From an uncultured Candidatus Saccharibacteria bacterium (GTDB taxonomy: Bacteria > Patescibacteriota > Saccharimonadia > Saccharimonadales > CAYLGV01), in contig CAYMZG010000001.1 of NCBI GenBank assembly GCA_964394925.1, positions 195,656 to 259,655 of the forward strand: DNA of 64,000 bases. Reading direction: 5' to 3'. This document shows, piece by piece, positions 61,810 to 64,000 of the stretch (position 1 is its first letter; the number at the start of each line of letters is the position of its first letter). The position numbers were made by a program, and so were the translations under genes. The notes under the pieces were generated by a model, which saw only the letters and a list, made by a program, of their open reading frames with translations, searched no databases and had not been told where the DNA came from.

Positions 61810-63069
61810 TTAGGCTGGTAGCGGGAACGCTTTAGCAAAGTCAACAATTGAGTTACGCAAATTCGCCAGTGCTTTGTCGTCATCATGATGCGCGATCGCC
61901 TCATTAATCCACGCTGCAATCTGTTTCATCTCGGTCTTTTTCATGCCTCGCGTTGTGAGGGCTGGCGTACCAAGGCGGATACCACTTGGATCAAACGGAG
62001 ACCGCGGTTCGAATGGAATGGTGTTTTTGTTGACCGTAATTCCAGCCTTGCCAAGGGCCTTCTCTGCCTGCTTGCCGCTCACCCCTTTGTTTGTAACGTC
62101 TATGAGTAGTAGATGGGAGTCGGTGCCGTCGGTAACGAGCGTAAAGCCATGTTCTTTCAAGGCGTCTGCGAGCGCTTGAGCGTTATCAAGCACTTGCTGT
62201 GCATACACTTTAAATTCTGGCTGCATTGCCTCTTTTAGTGCCACCGCAATCGCCGCCGTTTGGTGATTGTGCGGACCGCCCTGCAGGCCAGGAATAATCG
62301 CCCTATCAACAAGTGATGGAATATTCTCACGAGTGTGTTCTGGCTTCTTTAACGGGTTCGATGGATTGCCATTGGCAAGAATAAGCGCCCCGCGCGGACC
62401 GCGCAGTGTCTTGTGCGTAGTTGTGGTAACGACATCTGCAATGCCAACCGGGCTTGGATATACCCCGCCCGCCACCAAGCCCGCCACATGGCTCATATCT
62501 GCCACAAAAAACGCCCCGACCGAATCAGCGACTTCTTTATATTTGGCCCACTCATACACGCGGGGGTAGGCGCTTCCACCGCCAACGATAACCTTTGGCT
62601 TATGTTCTTTGGCAAGTTTGTACATGGCATCGATGTCGACGTAGCCCGCTTTGTTTACATGGTACGGTACGCTGTTATAGAACGTACTTGAAAAGTTTAA
62701 CTTCAAGCCGTGTGTCATATGACCACCGTCTGTTAGGCTCAAGCCCATTAAGGTGTCACCAGGCTCCATCAGAGCATAGTAGGTGGCCAAGTTGGCCGGC
62801 GAGCCTGAGTGCGCTTGTACATTGGCAAAGGTTGATCCAAATAGTTCTTTTGCTCGGTCACGCGCAATATTTTCAACCGCATCAACATTTTCACAGCCGC
62901 CGTAATATCGCATGCCAGGATAGCCTTCGGAATATTTATCGGTTAAGCGTGAGCCAAGCGCAGCCAACACTGCTCCCGACGTGTGGTTCTCACTCGGAAT
63001 CATCTCAAGCCCTTCGGCCTGCCGATCTACTTCAGCATTAATCAATCGTAAAATTTCATCATCGTGCAT
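61810..63069 (-). CDS. glyA: serine hydroxymethyltransferase
   Basis: 419 aa. IPSENHTS, YYGGCE and TTTTHKTLRGPRG (PLP Lys) motifs. GGAGG SD. Confidence 0.93.
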   Translation of the reverse strand: MHDDEILRLINAEVDRQAEGLEMIPSENHTSGAVLAALGSRLTDKYSEGYPGMRYYGGCENVDAVENIARDRAKELFGSTFANVQAHSGSPANLATYYALMEPGDTLMGLSLTDGGHMTHGLKLNFSSTFYNSVPYHVNKAGYVDIDAMYKLAKEHKPKVIVGGGSAYPRVYEWAKYKEVADSVGAFFVADMSHVAGLVAGGVYPSPVGIADVVTTTTHKTLRGPRGALILANGNPSNPLKKPEHTRENIPSLVDRAIIPGLQGGPHNHQTAAIAVALKEAMQPEFKVYAQQVLDNAQALADALKEHGFTLVTDGTDSHLLLIDVTNKGVSGKQAEKALGKAGITVNKNTIPFEPRSPFDPSGIRLGTPALTTRGMKKTEMKQIAAWINEAIAHHDDDKALANLRNSIVDFAKAFPLPA

Positions 63070-63195
63070 CTATAAATACCTCCAACATACATGTTTACTC
63101 GTGCTTTAGTTTCTCTTTCAGACATGTATGCGCGCTATATCATGTACTCATTCTAGCATAGAAAAACAGCTTGAAATTTATCCTTCTGGTGATAT

Positions 63196-63201
63196 CATAA
63201 T
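63196..63201 (+). promoter_or_regulatory. -10 hexamer CATAAT 6 nt upstream of ATG 63208 (leaderless candidate)
   Basis: CATAAT, then tgggca, then ATG. No SD. Confidence 0.35.
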
Positions 63202-63207
63202 TGGGCA

Positions 63208-64000
63208 ATGCAGACAACAAACGAGAAAATTGGTCAGTTAATTTACCAGATACGACAAGAGAGAGGCCTCACCCAAGCTGCCTTTGCTCGAAAGCTCGGC
63301 ACGAGTCAAAGCGCAGTAAACCGCATTGAGCATGGCAAGCAGAACCTCAGTCTTGAAACCCTTGGACGCATTAGTGATGTGTTAAATAAGCCGCTTATCT
63401 CTTTGAGTGGCAGCGCTGTTAATCTACGGGTTGAAGGTGGCCACGAACTCAGTGGCACCATTACCACAAGAACGTCAAAGAATGCCGCTGTGTGTCTTTT
63501 GATGGCATCACTGCTTAATAAAGGCACAACTAAGCTGAAAAACATGCCGAGGATCGAAGAAGTAAATCGGCTCATTGAAGTACTCACAAGTATTGGCGTG
63601 CAAGTTCGTTGGCTGCCTGGTAATGACCTAGAAATCAAGCCCCCAGAACGACTTGCTATCGAAAAAATCGATAGCGCGGCAGCCCGCAAGACTCGCAGCG
63701 TACTTATGCTACTTGGCCCCCTAATGCATCTGTTTGATGAATTCCGTATTCCTTACGCTGGTGGCTGTAAACTTGGCACTCGAACCGTCCAACCTCACCT
63801 ATTTGCGCTTGAGGAACTCGGTGTCGATATTGTAGCTAAGACGGGTTTTTATAATGTGAAGGTTAAGAAGCATGCCACCGACCAGATAGTTCTATACGAA
63901 TCTGGTGATACAACTACCGAGAACGTGCTGATGGCCGCCAGTCGTTTTGAAGAAGAGATTATTATCAAAATGGCGAGTGCCAACTACATGGTGCAAGATC
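63208..64000 (+). CDS. murA: UDP-N-acetylglucosamine 1-carboxyvinyltransferase with N-terminal XRE-type HTH domain (3' end beyond the window)
   Basis: Open frame from ATG 63208 to the window edge. Residues 1-60 are an HTH_3 (IRQERGLTQAAFARKLGTSQSAVNRIEHGKQN). The rest is MurA (LRVEGGHELSGTITTRTSKNAAV, LKNMPRIEEV, active-site GGCKLGTRTVQPH). Absent from the ORF track because it is open-ended. Confidence 0.8.
   Translation, partial: MQTTNEKIGQLIYQIRQERGLTQAAFARKLGTSQSAVNRIEHGKQNLSLETLGRISDVLNKPLISLSGSAVNLRVEGGHELSGTITTRTSKNAAVCLLMASLLNKGTTKLKNMPRIEEVNRLIEVLTSIGVQVRWLPGNDLEIKPPERLAIEKIDSAAARKTRSVLMLLGPLMHLFDEFRIPYAGGCKLGTRTVQPHLFALEELGVDIVAKTGFYNVKVKKHATDQIVLYESGDTTTENVLMAASRFEEEIIIKMASANYMVQD

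Overview
Gene-dense chromosomal window with about 60 protein genes, 4 tRNAs, and no rRNA, CRISPR array, transposase or integrase that I can recognise. All functional calls come from reading motifs in the supplied translations; no database search was possible. The gene content is a glycolytic block (pgk-pyk-ppsA-adk-like-ldh/gpm fusion-eno), scattered peptidoglycan genes (murD, murI, murB, murA) and folate/one-carbon genes (folD, folA, folC, glyA). It also includes a compact metK, an LPXTG-anchored protein, many REC-only response regulators and many secreted hypothetical proteins. I infer a small-genome, Gram-positive-type bacterium of the Candidate Phyla Radiation, Saccharibacteria-like. The standard code appears to apply, since TGA, TAG and TAA all terminate full-length conserved genes. 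The most unusual content is: (1) an eight-gene, same-strand surface-structure locus (37017-46646) whose architecture resembles Csc/WxL cell-surface-complex clusters of Lactobacillales but lacks canonical WxL motifs. (2) A 1495-aa membrane protein with a C-terminal GT-A glycosyltransferase-like domain, in a three-gene operon with its own canonical promoter. (3) An E1/ThiF-like enzyme plus a LuxI/FeeM-fold acyltransferase, co-oriented with a 7TM histidine kinase and divergent from three tandem REC-only genes. (4) A gene split by one in-frame TAG. (5) A small ORF built from two 38-codon units whose 87-nt cores are 100% identical. (6) A recurrent leaderless-mRNA signature: a -10 hexamer 6-7 nt before the ATG, with no Shine-Dalgarno. 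(7) Two domain fusions: 2-hydroxyacid dehydrogenase with phosphoglycerate mutase, and XRE-HTH with MurA.
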